A stretch of DNA of 64,000 nucleotides from an uncultured delta proteobacterium (GCA_963716725.1 CAVQUB010000021.1:96001-160000), one strand, 5' to 3'. Shown: positions 11,866 to 22,021, counted from the first letter of the stretch. The notes: generated from the sequence alone by a model not told the origin. Program-made: numbers and translations.

Positions 11866-12942
11866 GTGATCACCTGTCCGAAGTGCAGCAAGGAAAACCA
11901 GGACCACTACAAGTTCTGCCTCGGTTGTGGTGCGGAGCTGCCGAGAGGCGCCGCCCCCAAGCCGTTCTCGCCGCAGACGCCGCCGCACGGGGTAGCGCAA
12001 CCCCCGCGCTCCGCGACGCCCGCAGTGGCGCCGACGCCGTCGGCACCCCCGCGACCCGGACCGGCACCGGTGCCCGTGCCCACCCCCACTGCGACACTCA
12101 CCCCCGCAGCCGCAGCCGCACCCACTCCCTCGGCCGCCCCCGCCGCGCCTTCGGGTACCGTCACCTGCCCGCAGTGCGCTCACCAGAACCAACCGGGCAA
12201 CCGCTTCTGCGCTTCCTGTGGCTACAACGTCGGTGCGCTCGCGGGGTCGGTCCCCGCCCCGCCCGCCGCGCCTGCCGCACCGACGGCTGCCGCTAGCGCG
12301 AGCGGACCGAGCGTGACGTTCACTGCGCTGCGCGCCGACGGCACCGAAGCAGGAACCTACAAGCTCCCGGATGCGCCCACGCTCACCGTCGGCCGCGACA
12401 CAGGCTCGATCTTCGCCGGCGACAGCTATCTCTCGCCGCGACACGCGACGTTCAGCCGACGCAATAGCCAGCTCTTCGTCAAAGACGAGAACTCGCTCAA
12501 CGGCGTGTACCTCAAGGTCAAGCCCAACGAACCCTGGCCCCTCGAGTACAACGACATCTTCCGCATCGGACAGGAGATCGTGCGCCTCGAGGAGCTGAAG
12601 GCGGTCGGCGCGGCCCCTGACGGCGTCGAGCGCTTCGGCAGCCCGGCCAAGGGTTACATCGGGCGTCTTTCGCTGATGATCGGCCGAGATACGACCGGAA
12701 ATGCCTTCCCGATCCCGGAGCGCGGCGTGCACTTGGGCCGCGAGCGCGGTGATGTCCTCTTCTCGGAAGACGGCTACGTCTCGGGTCTGCACTGCCGCAT
12801 CGCGCGGGCGGCGGACGGCAAGATGCACCTCACCGACGTGGGGAGTTCGAACGGCACCTTCGTGCGCCTGGGCAAGGAACAACTCGTCCAGCGCGGCGAC
12901 GTGCTCTTGATGGGTCAACAGCTGTTCCGCGTCGATTTCTGA
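11866..12942 (+). CDS. Double zinc-ribbon + tandem FHA domain protein
   Basis: CPKC..CLGC and CPQC..CASC ribbons, a Pro/Ala linker, and two FHA domains (VGR..SPRHA..SLNGV; LGR..SGLHC..SSNGT). Confidence 0.9.
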   Translation: MITCPKCSKENQDHYKFCLGCGAELPRGAAPKPFSPQTPPHGVAQPPRSATPAVAPTPSAPPRPGPAPVPVPTPTATLTPAAAAAPTPSAAPAAPSGTVTCPQCAHQNQPGNRFCASCGYNVGALAGSVPAPPAAPAAPTAAASASGPSVTFTALRADGTEAGTYKLPDAPTLTVGRDTGSIFAGDSYLSPRHATFSRRNSQLFVKDENSLNGVYLKVKPNEPWPLEYNDIFRIGQEIVRLEELKAVGAAPDGVERFGSPAKGYIGRLSLMIGRDTTGNAFPIPERGVHLGRERGDVLFSEDGYVSGLHCRIARAADGKMHLTDVGSSNGTFVRLGKEQLVQRGDVLLMGQQLFRVDF

Positions 12943-12953
12943 GGCCGGGCACC

Positions 12954-13352
12954 ATGTCTGGCCCTCGAACGATACGAGTCGTTGCCGCCGTCATCGAACG
13001 CGGTGGGGATTATCTGATCACGCAGCGGCGGCCCTCCGCCGTCCTCCCCCTGCTCTGGGAGTTCCCCGGCGGCCGCGTGGAGGATGGCGAGACTGACGCC
13101 GACGCCTTGCGGCGCGAGGTGAAGCACCGCTTGGGCGTCGAGGTCCAGCCCGGCCAGCTGATCAGCTTCGTGAGCCATCCCTACGAGCACTACACGGTCG
13201 ACCTGTACCTGTACGAGTGTCGGATAGCCGCTGGCGAGCCGAAGGAGCTCAACGTACACTCGTTCAAGTGGGTGACGAGCGGCGACTTCGACCAATATCC
13301 GTTCACGCCTGCCGACGAGCTGTCGATGAACAAGCTGCTCGGCCTCGGCTGA
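12954..13352 (+). CDS. MutT-like Nudix hydrolase
   Basis: WEFPGGRVEDGETDADALRREV Nudix box; VVAAVI start and FTPAD end. Confidence 0.9.
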   Translation: MSGPRTIRVVAAVIERGGDYLITQRRPSAVLPLLWEFPGGRVEDGETDADALRREVKHRLGVEVQPGQLISFVSHPYEHYTVDLYLYECRIAAGEPKELNVHSFKWVTSGDFDQYPFTPADELSMNKLLGLG

Positions 13353-13957
13353 ACCGCATCGCCGCGCTCGTGGCCGTGGTGGCAGTCGCCACTCCCTTGC
13401 GCGCGCAGTCCCCCACGGCACCGCCGACGCCCGCGCCCTTTGGACCTGGAGCCCGGCTCGCGGTGGTCAGCGAGGGCAAGCCGGTCAACGTGTTCGTTGC
13501 GCGACTCGATCCAAGGGCAGCAGAGCCCCCGCCCGACAGCAGCTTCGTCAAGCTCGGCAAGACCCCGCTGGCGGTCGATCTGCCCCAAGGCAGCTACCGC
13601 ATCGAGGTCGAAGGCGTGGATATCTCCAACGAATCTCTGCTCTTCGAGATGCGGAACGAAGCTCGGTCAATCAGGGTCCGCACCGGCTCCGAGGGGCTCT
13701 CGACCACCGGCACGCTCTTCATGGGCATCGGCCTGCTCGGCATCGTCGGTGCGACGGCCATCCTCGCCTCCGGTTCGAAGGCCCCGAGCAAGCTCGACAA
13801 GGCCAGCGTGCTGATCCCGATGTACGCGGCCGGCGCGGTTTGCTTCGGCGGTGGCCTCGCCATGAGCTACGTGGGCAGCACCAAGCTCGAAGCCAGCCCA
13901 CCGGCCCGGACCGGTCCGGTCGGGGGCGCTTGGCTCGCCCTGCGCGCTTCGTTCTGA
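13349..13957 (+). CDS. Hypothetical exported/membrane protein (PEGA-like segment + TM helices)
   Basis: Signal-like N-terminus, GKTPLAVDLPQGSYRIEVEG and two hydrophobic helices. Start uncertain (CTG 13349 or GTG 13370). Confidence 0.65.
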   Translation: MNRIAALVAVVAVATPLRAQSPTAPPTPAPFGPGARLAVVSEGKPVNVFVARLDPRAAEPPPDSSFVKLGKTPLAVDLPQGSYRIEVEGVDISNESLLFEMRNEARSIRVRTGSEGLSTTGTLFMGIGLLGIVGATAILASGSKAPSKLDKASVLIPMYAAGAVCFGGGLAMSYVGSTKLEASPPARTGPVGGAWLALRASF

Positions 13958-14014
13958 GCGCACCGCCGACGCTCACGACGCGCAACCCGGCGACCGTGCG
14001 CCCGATGAGCGAGC

Positions 14015-14746
14015 ATGACTGTCCTGGGCCAGGCGTGGACCTGCCTCCTCGATCTCGTCGCGCCACGCGATTGCCCCGCGTGCGGGCAGGACGCCGGGCG
14101 GAGCCTCTGCGTGGCGTGTCACCGATTGCTCGAACCAGCACCGACTCGCGACCTCGACGGCATCCCAGTGGTCGGCGCCGCGCTCTTCTTGGCGCCGCTC
14201 GACGGGGCGGTGCACCGCTTCAAGTACCAGTCTCGTCCCGACCTGGCTGCACCGCTCGCGGCGCTGTTCACTCGGGCCGACCTCGGGCGACTCGGTGCGG
14301 ACCCGCGTTCCCTCTTCGTCCCGGTACCGCTCCACCGGACCCGGCTCGCCGAGCGCGGCTACGACCAGTCGGCGCTGCTTGCGGGGGCCCTGGCGCGAGC
14401 ACGCGGGAGGCGCACCTGCGCCCGGGCACTCTGGCGCACCCGTATGACTCAGCAGCAAGCCCGACTCGACGCGCGCGCTCGATGGGACAACGTGATCGGC
14501 GCGTTCGAGCCCAACCCGAAGGTCAGCCTGGCGGGACTCCCGGTCGTCTTGGTCGACGACGTGGTCACCACCGGCGCCACCGCGAGGGAGTGCGCCGGCG
14601 TGCTCGGTCGAGCCGGCGCGCACGTGACGGCCATCGCATGCATCGCGCTCACCCCTCACGGATCATCCAGGAATCTTGCTCCCCCGCGCGATCCCAGCGC
14701 TCCGGAATTGATGCAGCAGTCGGAAAATGGGAAACCGCTCGCGTGA
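14015..14746 (+). CDS. comF: ComF family protein (zinc ribbon + phosphoribosyltransferase)
   Basis: CPAC..CVAC, VPVPLH..ERGYDQ and LVDDVVTTGAT motifs. Confidence 0.9.
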   Translation: MTVLGQAWTCLLDLVAPRDCPACGQDAGRSLCVACHRLLEPAPTRDLDGIPVVGAALFLAPLDGAVHRFKYQSRPDLAAPLAALFTRADLGRLGADPRSLFVPVPLHRTRLAERGYDQSALLAGALARARGRRTCARALWRTRMTQQQARLDARARWDNVIGAFEPNPKVSLAGLPVVLVDDVVTTGATARECAGVLGRAGAHVTAIACIALTPHGSSRNLAPPRDPSAPELMQQSENGKPLA

Positions 14747-16650
14747 GCGACGACGAAGCCGAGAGCTGGCACTGGGCCGACGCCGACGGCGTGATCAGCA
14801 TCGTGGACGATTGGGAGCTCGTGTCTTCGCTCTCGACCGGGTCGCTCCCGCACTACACGCTGGTTTGGCGCATCGGCTGGAAGCAGTGGCTGCCCGCCTG
14901 CAAGGTCGCCGAGCTCTCGACCAGTCTTCCGAAGAGCAAGCTGGAGCAGCCTGTCGATCCCGGCTCGGATCCACTGCTCACCGAGCCACCCGCGCCACCC
15001 GTCGATCGCTACCAGGCGTACAAGACCCGAGAGGCCGCGGCGATGCTCCTCGGATCGAGCTCGAAACCCGCGGCGAGGGTGCCCGTCGCGCCGCCGACCG
15101 GAAGGCCTCCGAGTCTGGTTCCGACGCCACCGCCACCGCCCATCGCGGCGCGGCCCGCCCAGCCAACGCTGGTCGAAGTGAATCCGATTCAAGCGACGGC
15201 GACGTTGCGCCCACCGGGCGCGGTCCCGCCTCCACCGCCCGCCGTCCCCTTGCCGACTCCCTTCACGGCTCCGGTAGCGCCGCTCATTCGCGAAAAGATC
15301 GTCGAAGAGCCGGCGCCGATTTCCGTCGAAGCTCCGACGAATCCCCACGCTTCGCCCGCCGCGGTCGCCTCGCCCGAGAGCGCGCCGCTGCCCTCATGGA
15401 GCGAAGACCTCGACGCGGAGGTGCGCGCGAACATGCGCCCCGCGCGCGGCAAAATGCAGCCGTCGGCCTATGCGCCGCCCCCACCGCTGGCAAATGCCAC
15501 AAGGCCCGCGGTCCGATCCAGCAGCGGTTGGGTGATCGGCCTCGTGGCTATCGGTGGCGTCGGATTGCTCGGCGCCAGCGTGGTGGCCTGGCTGGCGCTT
15601 CGGCCAGGCAAAGCCCCGGCGCCCAGCCTGAGCGCGAGCGGCTCCGCCGGCGGCGCCACCGACAAGACGCCGGTGCGGGCGTGTCGGCTCGACAGGGCCG
15701 CCGCCCGCCTGTCGACGGCGATCAACCCCGCGGTCGCGCCGGTTGTCGCGGCCACTCCGGCGGGAGGCAAGTTCGCCATCGGCTTTGCGGCCAGTGACCG
15801 AGAAGCCGAGGGCATCACCGTCGACGCGTCGACGTTGGCCGTGGAGCGACCGTTTCGCGAGAGCACCCGGCGCGACGTCACCAGCGTGGTCCCGCTGACC
15901 GCCGGCGGAAATCTGTCCTTCGCGGTCGATCAGGACGAGCCTGAGTTTCGCTCGGCACGCACAATCGACGTGAGGGGCCCGTGGACGCTGGGCTGGACCG
16001 CCGAGGGGCTTGCCCGCCGGGCGGGCTCGGGCGCTCCGACGACGCTCTGGACGACACCCAGCGACAAGGCCACGGATCCGAAGGTGGCCGCGCTCCCAAG
16101 TGGGGGCTTCGCCGTCACGGCGCGGCGCGGCGGGCAGAGCGGCACGGTGCTCGTCGGGCTTCTGGGCGCCAGCGGCGAGCAGCAGGGGCCGGTGGTCGAC
16201 GTGAGCGCGAAGCCCCAGGTCGGCTCACCGGCGATCGCGGCCAGCGACCGGGGGGTACTGGTGGCCTTCGCGGGGCGGCCTACCGACGAATCCTACTGGA
16301 CTCTCCAGGTCGGGACCGCCCCGGCGGGCGCGCTGCCCACCAAGGCCGATGGCTTTGCCACCCCCCCCGGGGGGCTCGGGGCCGACGCCATTTCCCCGGC
16401 AGTCGAAGGGGTTTCGAACGGGCGCTGGCTCTTGCAGTGGACCGAGGGGGCGCCCGGACAGCGCCAAGTCCGCATCCAAACCCTTGGCTTCGACCTGGTT
16501 CCCGTGGGAGATCCCATCAATCTGTCACCCGAAGCGCTCAACGCCGGCCAAGGCGTAGTAGTTGTCCAGGGCGACCAGGCGATCTCGCTATTCTTGGTGA
16601 AAAAAGGCAAGGCCCACGAGCTTTGGGGAGCAACGCTTTCATGTCCGTGA
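14743..16650 (+). CDS. GYF_2 (DUF4339)-like domain bitopic membrane protein
   Basis: GTGA overlap with comF; WHWAD..TLVWRIGWKQWLPA, a long Pro-rich linker, a TM helix and a beta-rich external domain. Confidence 0.8.
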   Translation: MSDDEAESWHWADADGVISIVDDWELVSSLSTGSLPHYTLVWRIGWKQWLPACKVAELSTSLPKSKLEQPVDPGSDPLLTEPPAPPVDRYQAYKTREAAAMLLGSSSKPAARVPVAPPTGRPPSLVPTPPPPPIAARPAQPTLVEVNPIQATATLRPPGAVPPPPPAVPLPTPFTAPVAPLIREKIVEEPAPISVEAPTNPHASPAAVASPESAPLPSWSEDLDAEVRANMRPARGKMQPSAYAPPPPLANATRPAVRSSSGWVIGLVAIGGVGLLGASVVAWLALRPGKAPAPSLSASGSAGGATDKTPVRACRLDRAAARLSTAINPAVAPVVAATPAGGKFAIGFAASDREAEGITVDASTLAVERPFRESTRRDVTSVVPLTAGGNLSFAVDQDEPEFRSARTIDVRGPWTLGWTAEGLARRAGSGAPTTLWTTPSDKATDPKVAALPSGGFAVTARRGGQSGTVLVGLLGASGEQQGPVVDVSAKPQVGSPAIAASDRGVLVAFAGRPTDESYWTLQVGTAPAGALPTKADGFATPPGGLGADAISPAVEGVSNGRWLLQWTEGAPGQRQVRIQTLGFDLVPVGDPINLSPEALNAGQGVVVVQGDQAISLFLVKKGKAHELWGATLSCP

Positions 16651-17570
16651 CCAACCGTATCCTCCGAACCGCCCACGCAGTCACCCTCAGCGCGAGCGTG
16701 AGCTTCATCCCTCTGACCGCGGCCGGTCTGGTGGTCTGTGCCACGGGCTGTTCCATCCTGGGCAGCCCCGGACCGTCTGCCGTTTCGCAGGGGCAGAAGT
16801 ACCAAAGCGGCGATCCGACCTTCGACGAGTTTTTCGGCAACCTCTACGACATGCAGGTGGAGCTCGCGCAGTCGCCCGCCTCTGAAAAAGAGATCCGCGA
16901 AGAGCTCGCCAAGAAGGTGAAGCTCGACGAAGGCGCCTCGGCCAGCATGCTCGGCAAGAAGCTCGGGAAGAAGACCGAAGAGTTCGCCACCGCCGGCACC
17001 GGCCTCAAGATGGAGGTCGAAGGGCTCGACGGCGATGACGACCCAAAGGTGACGCTCTCGGTGAAGGGCAAGGAGCTCCAGGGCGACGACAAGTCGCTGG
17101 TTGGGGCCATGGAAGCAGCGGTCAAGAGCGCAACGAAGCTCCACGTGCGGATGAAGAAGATCAAGAAGGCGCTGGATCAGGCTACAGGCCAGATCCTCGC
17201 CCTCGAAGGGACTGTGGACGCGGCCTTCCGCAAGGGCGGCCCCAGGAAGAAGGCGGAAGCCCGCAAGAACCTGGACGATGCCAAGAAGCTGGTCCCCCTG
17301 ATGGGCGCGCGCGCGGAAGAGATCGCCGAAGCCGCGAAGAGCACGGCAAAGAAGGTCTCCGAAGCCGCCCAGACCGACACAGGGCAGTTCGACGCGCCGA
17401 CGCCCCCAGTCGAGCCGCCGCCGACGGAACCCGACCCCGAGAAGCCCACGGACAAGAAGCCCGCGGACAAGAAGCCCGCGGACAAGAAGCCCGCGGACAA
17501 GAAGCCTGCGGACAAGCCCGCGGACAAACCGGTGGACAAGCCCAAGCCGCCCAGCGACTTCGAGCCCTGA
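16641..17570 (+). CDS. Coiled-coil lipoprotein with DKKPA-repeat tail
   Basis: VVCATGC lipobox, Lys/Ala-rich helices, C-terminal repeats ending DFEP. Confidence 0.75.
   Translation: MSVTNRILRTAHAVTLSASVSFIPLTAAGLVVCATGCSILGSPGPSAVSQGQKYQSGDPTFDEFFGNLYDMQVELAQSPASEKEIREELAKKVKLDEGASASMLGKKLGKKTEEFATAGTGLKMEVEGLDGDDDPKVTLSVKGKELQGDDKSLVGAMEAAVKSATKLHVRMKKIKKALDQATGQILALEGTVDAAFRKGGPRKKAEARKNLDDAKKLVPLMGARAEEIAEAAKSTAKKVSEAAQTDTGQFDAPTPPVEPPPTEPDPEKPTDKKPADKKPADKKPADKKPADKPADKPVDKPKPPSDFEP
17451..17543 (+). repeat. 15-bp coding tandem repeat GACAAGAAGCCCGCG (DKKPA) x4 plus degenerate 12-bp units
   Basis: Read directly from the sequence. Confidence 0.9.
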
Positions 17571-17581
17571 AACCGGGGGAT

Positions 17582-18928
17582 TCAGTTGACGCTTTTGATG
17601 GCGTCGAGGAAGGGCTGCGCTGCCACGAAGTCCGTGCAGCGTACCGCCTCGGCGCCCCGCGAGTCGTAGACCAACACCGTGGGCAGTCCCACGACCTTGT
17701 GCTCTTTCATGGTCGCGGTGACCACGGGGTCCTCGTCGTCCGTCGCGTCCACTTTGACGGCGACGAACCGACCGGCCTCGCGTGCAACGCCGTCTTCGCT
17801 GAAGGTGTGCTTGTCGAGCTCCTTGCACGCGCCGCACCACGCCGCGGTGAAGTCCAGCAGCAGCGGGCGCTTCTCGGCGGCTGCTTTGGTGCGCGCCTCC
17901 GCGACGCTGATGCTCTCCCAAGCCAGGGTGCGCGAAGGCTTCGACACACCCGCGATGAACGCGAAGCCACCGAGGCAGACGAGCAAGATCCCTAGGCCCT
18001 TTCGGCCCTTCACGCCCGGGCCAGGCTCCTCGAACGACCGGTGGACTGCCCCGAGGAGCAGACCGACTAGCGCCGCGGCCGCCGCCACCGCCAAGAACGT
18101 CGTGGTCGGACGCGCGAACTTCGTGAGCGCTGGGAAGGCCGACCCCAGGAACCACAGCGCAACCACGACCAAGACGATGCCCAAGACCGACTTGACGTGG
18201 ACCATCCAACGGCCGCTCTTCGGAAGCTGGACGGCGAAGGCCCCAACCAGGAAGAAGGGCGCGCCAAGGCCGAGGGCAAACGCGGCCATCGCCAGCGCAC
18301 CGAGCGCGGCGCTCTGGGTCTTGGCGATCCAGGTCAGGATCCCCGTCAGCACCGGTCCGGTGCAGGGCGCGGCGATCACGCCGCAGACCAGACCGAGCAC
18401 GAAGGCTCCTTTGAGCCCGATCCCTCCCACGGTGGCCAGCTTGTTGGTCAGCGCGGATGGGAGGGTGAACTCGAAGGCTCCAAACATGCTGGCCGCCATC
18501 GCGAGAAAGAGCATGCTGATGACCACGATCACCCACTTGCTCTGGAGCACGGCACCGAACATCCCGCCGGTGAGCCCCGCGGCCAGGCCGAGCGGGACGA
18601 ACATCGCGACGATGCCCAGCACGAAGGCCAGCGACAACAGAACCCCCTGGGCTCGGCTCCTCGCTTCTTTCGCGCCGAACACGCTGACCGTCACGGCGAT
18701 CATCGGGTAGACACACGGCGTCAGGCTCACCAGCAGGCCACCCAACAGCGCGGCAAGCGCCGCGTACAGCGGCCCCTTCTGCAGCGCGCGGGTGAAGGCA
18801 TCGCCTCCGCCGCCGCTCGCCGCGTCGCCAGCCACTGTGCAAACGTTGCCCGAAGCCTCGGCCCCCAATGACCAGGCCGAGAGCACCATCAGTACGACCA
18901 TGAATGGGATCCAGCGGAAGCGTGTCAT
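17582..18928 (-). CDS. dsbD: DsbD/CcdA-thioredoxin thiol:disulfide interchange protein
   Basis: LTPCVYPMI, AAPCTGP, LPKSGRWM and a thioredoxin DFTAAWCGAC; short form lacking the large N-terminal domain. Confidence 0.88.
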   Translation of the reverse strand: MTRFRWIPFMVVLMVLSAWSLGAEASGNVCTVAGDAASGGGGDAFTRALQKGPLYAALAALLGGLLVSLTPCVYPMIAVTVSVFGAKEARSRAQGVLLSLAFVLGIVAMFVPLGLAAGLTGGMFGAVLQSKWVIVVISMLFLAMAASMFGAFEFTLPSALTNKLATVGGIGLKGAFVLGLVCGVIAAPCTGPVLTGILTWIAKTQSAALGALAMAAFALGLGAPFFLVGAFAVQLPKSGRWMVHVKSVLGIVLVVVALWFLGSAFPALTKFARPTTTFLAVAAAAALVGLLLGAVHRSFEEPGPGVKGRKGLGILLVCLGGFAFIAGVSKPSRTLAWESISVAEARTKAAAEKRPLLLDFTAAWCGACKELDKHTFSEDGVAREAGRFVAVKVDATDDEDPVVTATMKEHKVVGLPTVLVYDSRGAEAVRCTDFVAAQPFLDAIKSVN

Positions 18929-19017
18929 CGAGTGTCGCTATTGTAGTTCCGAGCCCGCCCCGTGTGGAGGGTCAGCCCGCTGCCCGGCCCGACGAAGGCC
19001 GGCGCGAAGCCCCTCGC

Positions 19018-19776
19018 TCAGGCCTTCTTACGAGGGATCCGGGCCAAGAGGCGCCGCGCGCGGGCAATTTCTCCGTTCAACGCCACCGCCAGCGCCACCC
19101 GGCCGCCCGTGGATCGCTGGACGAACGCCCGCAAGTACCGCCGAGCCTCCTCGAAATCGCCCTCGTGAAAAGCCAGCTCGCCCAGCACGAACTGCCCGTA
19201 GCCCTGTCCGCAGGCAGCGTCTGCGAGGCGTTCCCTCATCGCGTTGACCGCATCGGCCTCGACCACCTCGCCGCCCGCCATCCGCGAGAGGGCCAGCTGC
19301 GCCTGATAGAGCGGCCGATTGGTCGTGCCCCAGCGCGACGCGCGGGACAGCGCACCCGCCGCCTCGCGATAGCGACCCGCGAGATAGAGCACGCTGCCCA
19401 GGGTCCACAGGTGGAAGGCGCGGCGGGACGGCGGGCTCACGCGACTGGCGAGACGGAGATGCGAAACCGCGCCCTCGTGGTCACCGACGCCGAGGCAGGC
19501 GCGGGCCGCGTCTTGGCGCGCCACGTCGGGCATCACGTCGAGGGATACGATCTCCAGGGCGACGGTCAGCGCTTGATCGAAGCGCTTGGCCTCCATATGA
19601 GACAGGTACAGCTGCCGGAGCAGCATCGCGCGGGTGGTTCGGCTGATCCGGCCACCGCGATCGAGCGCCCGCAACGCGTACTTGGCCCGGAGGCCGGACG
19701 TGCGTGCGAGCGTTGCCTTTCGGAGGAGCAGCTCGGGCGTAGCGGCTTCTGCCGCTGCCGCGCGCGTTCTGGACAT
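19018..19776 (-). CDS. TPR-like repeat protein
   Basis: Repeated TPR-like helices (LGSVLYLAGRYREA; LGELAFHEGDFEEA). Confidence 0.75.
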   Translation of the reverse strand: MSRTRAAAAEAATPELLLRKATLARTSGLRAKYALRALDRGGRISRTTRAMLLRQLYLSHMEAKRFDQALTVALEIVSLDVMPDVARQDAARACLGVGDHEGAVSHLRLASRVSPPSRRAFHLWTLGSVLYLAGRYREAAGALSRASRWGTTNRPLYQAQLALSRMAGGEVVEADAVNAMRERLADAACGQGYGQFVLGELAFHEGDFEEARRYLRAFVQRSTGGRVALAVALNGEIARARRLLARIPRKKA

Positions 19777-19864
19777 CTGCCACCAAGACTAGCAAGCCCT
19801 GCACACTCGTCCAGATTTCTGAGGCGCCTTTGAAAGTCGGAGGCTTCGGGATAAAGCCATTCTC

Positions 19865-20167
19865 ATGAGCTCGCCGGCCTTCCGACTCGCTGCCGCGGCA
19901 GCCTGGGCCCTGACGGCGTTCGGCTGCGGGCACCCCGCCACCGAGTCGGAGTGCGAGGAAATCGTCGAGCGGGTGGCGCGCCTCGAGCTCGAGAAGAAGT
20001 ACCCCCAGAGCCCTGATTCGGTGCGGGAGGAAATCGAGGCCACGAAGAAGAGCGTGCGGGGGTCCATGCTCAAAGAGTGCGTCGGGAGACGCATCACCAC
20101 GAAAGCCATGCAATGCGTACGCAGCGCGAAGACCAGCAAGGAGGTGGTGGAGAGTTGCTTCGACTGA
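19865..20167 (+). CDS. Small Cys-containing lipoprotein (paralog 1)
   Basis: LTAFGC lipobox plus four spaced Cys. Confidence 0.75.
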   Translation: MSSPAFRLAAAAAWALTAFGCGHPATESECEEIVERVARLELEKKYPQSPDSVREEIEATKKSVRGSMLKECVGRRITTKAMQCVRSAKTSKEVVESCFD

Positions 20168-20448
20168 GCGGGACCGCCTGGATCTGCCTCAGCCTGCTCT
20201 CGAGCTGCGGCAAGCCCCTCGCCCCTGCGGAGTGCAATCAACTCCTCGACCACTACACCGAGCTCCTGGTCCGGCAAGACAATCGCACGATCAGCGACGA
20301 GGAAGTCGACCGCAGCAAGGCCGGTGCGCGCCTGAAGGCGGCCGGCTCGCACGAATTCGCCAGGTGCAGCTCCAAGGTCTCACGCCGCCAGTGGGACTGC
20401 GCCATGAGGGCCCCCAGCGTGGACGAGGTCGAGCGATGTCTGCTGTGA
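20164..20448 (+). CDS. Small Cys-containing lipoprotein (paralog 2)
   Basis: LLSSC lipobox; same Cys spacing as the upstream gene. Start uncertain (CTG 20164 or further upstream). Confidence 0.65.
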   Translation: MSGTAWICLSLLSSCGKPLAPAECNQLLDHYTELLVRQDNRTISDEEVDRSKAGARLKAAGSHEFARCSSKVSRRQWDCAMRAPSVDEVERCLL

Positions 20449-21293
20449 GCAGCGCCGCGGCACGACGGCTGAACCGTCAACTGCGACGCACCATCGCAGA
20501 GCACGAGCTCTTCGAGTCCGGCGACCGCGTGCTGATCGCCGTGAGCGGCGGCAAAGACAGCCTGACGCTCCTCGACCTGCTCGAGATCTGGAGCCGGGGT
20601 CCGGTCTCCGTGGAGCTCACGGCCGTGCATCTCGATCAAGGGCAGCCCGGCTACGACGGCGCGCCGCTCCAGACCTTCTTGGAAGCGCGAGGCGTCGACT
20701 TCGAGATCTTGCGGGAAGACACCTACTCGGTCGTCACCCAGAAGCTGGGACCAGAACAGACCTACTGCTCGCTGTGCTCGCGGCTCCGGCGCGGCATCCT
20801 CTACTCCGCAGCCGAACGCCTGGGCGCGAACAAGATCGCGCTGGGCCACCATCGCGAAGACGCGCTCGAGACATTTCTGCTGAACCTGCTGTACGCCGGC
20901 AGGCTCCAGACGCTCCCGCCGAAGTACCGTACCGACGACGGCCGCTTCGAAGTGATCCGCCCCCTGATCGAGTGTGCCGAAACCGATATCGCGGCCTACG
21001 CGGCAGAGCGCAAGTTCCCCATACTGCCCTGCGGGCTCTGCGGCTCTCAAGAAGGACTTCGGCGCGACGCGATGGGCGAACTGCTCTCCCAACTCGAACA
21101 GGACAACCCCTCCGTGCGAGCCATCATGCTCAATGCCCTGGGCAACGTGAGCCCCACGCACCTGATGGACCGAGATCTGGTGCGCGCCTGGAGCGCGCGG
21201 CCCGCCGACGTCCGTCCGCCGGGCCTGCTCGCCGAACGTCCGCGGCACGCCCGCGCTCTTCCGGTCGTGAGCACCCGATCGCGACTGCCCTGA
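20436..21293 (+). CDS. ttcA: tRNA 2-thiocytidine(32) synthetase TtcA
   Basis: PP-loop SGGKDS, HLDQGQPG, CSLCSRLRRG, LGHHRED, VIRPL and PCGLCGSQ. Start 20436 or 20445. Confidence 0.93.
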   Translation: MSAVSSAAARRLNRQLRRTIAEHELFESGDRVLIAVSGGKDSLTLLDLLEIWSRGPVSVELTAVHLDQGQPGYDGAPLQTFLEARGVDFEILREDTYSVVTQKLGPEQTYCSLCSRLRRGILYSAAERLGANKIALGHHREDALETFLLNLLYAGRLQTLPPKYRTDDGRFEVIRPLIECAETDIAAYAAERKFPILPCGLCGSQEGLRRDAMGELLSQLEQDNPSVRAIMLNALGNVSPTHLMDRDLVRAWSARPADVRPPGLLAERPRHARALPVVSTRSRLP

Positions 21294-21364
21294 TCCGGCT
21301 GGCAACGCGCCGATCCCTGCGCCTCTGCTGGCCCGACCGGCGAACGTGTGCAACCCTCTCGCTC

Positions 21365-22018
21365 GTGGTCGCACGCGCAGTGGGCTTGTTCGTTCTGGCA
21401 ACGCTCGGCTGCCAAGGCCAGACCGTGGGCGAGTCTTCCAGCGGAGGAGCGGCCGGCTCCGCAGCGGGGGGCGCGAGCGGGACCAGTACCGGGGGCTCCA
21501 ACACCGGCGGCTCCAACACCGGCGGCTCCAACACCGGCGGCTCCAACACCGGCGGCTCCAGCACCGGCGGCGCCACTGGACCAGGCCCCCACGGCGCGTT
21601 GCCCACTGGCTATTGCTGCACGTCCAACGACGACTGCCGCTACCGGGCATGTCTGGATTTCGGTGGCGTGAAGATGTGCAGCGACCGCTGCACCAACTCC
21701 GCAGCCTGCACTACCGGACCAGGCTTCGCGTGCAACAAGACCTCCGAACAGTGTGAGCCTGCCGGACCACCCGCCTGCATCCCGGCCGATCAGTGGCAGC
21801 TCGGGTCCAAATCCGCCGGAGGCTGTTGCTATGCCGCGGGGGACGGCACCGCGGGCGAAGAGTGCCAGGGCAATTTGTGCATGGCCTTCGGCCCGCTGTC
21901 GAACCCGTTCATCTGCACGCAGGCCTGCGCCACGGGGAAGGACTGCCCGCCGACCTACAAATGCGAGACCGCCACCGGCTTCTGCTGGCCCTACGCGACA
22001 AACTACACCTGCCAGTGA
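21365..22018 (+). CDS. Cys-rich lipoprotein with GGSNT linker
   Basis: LATLGC lipobox, TGGSN repeats and two Cys-rich modules (CC..C..C..C). Start GTG 21365 is inferred. Confidence 0.7.
   Translation: MVARAVGLFVLATLGCQGQTVGESSSGGAAGSAAGGASGTSTGGSNTGGSNTGGSNTGGSNTGGSSTGGATGPGPHGALPTGYCCTSNDDCRYRACLDFGGVKMCSDRCTNSAACTTGPGFACNKTSEQCEPAGPPACIPADQWQLGSKSAGGCCYAAGDGTAGEECQGNLCMAFGPLSNPFICTQACATGKDCPPTYKCETATGFCWPYATNYTCQ
21488..21571 (+). repeat. 15-bp coding tandem repeat ACCGGCGGCTCCAAC (TGGSN) x5.6
   Basis: Read directly from the sequence. Confidence 0.9.
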
Positions 22019-22021
22019 CGC

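Noticed and set aside
13840..14742. N-terminal extension of the GYF protein ORF (likewise the extensions on 37137..39368, 15981..17570, 3575..5128 and 4771..6558)
   Set aside because: They overlap real genes in other frames; stop/start overlaps give better starts.
16293..18842. 849-aa minus-strand ORF
   Set aside because: Alternative frame of dsbD plus antisense of the lipoprotein gene; Arg/Gly-rich with no motifs.
17451..21571. 15-bp tandem repeats as possible CRISPR or phase-variation loci
   Set aside because: No spacers and no cas genes; in-frame repeats encoding low-complexity linkers.
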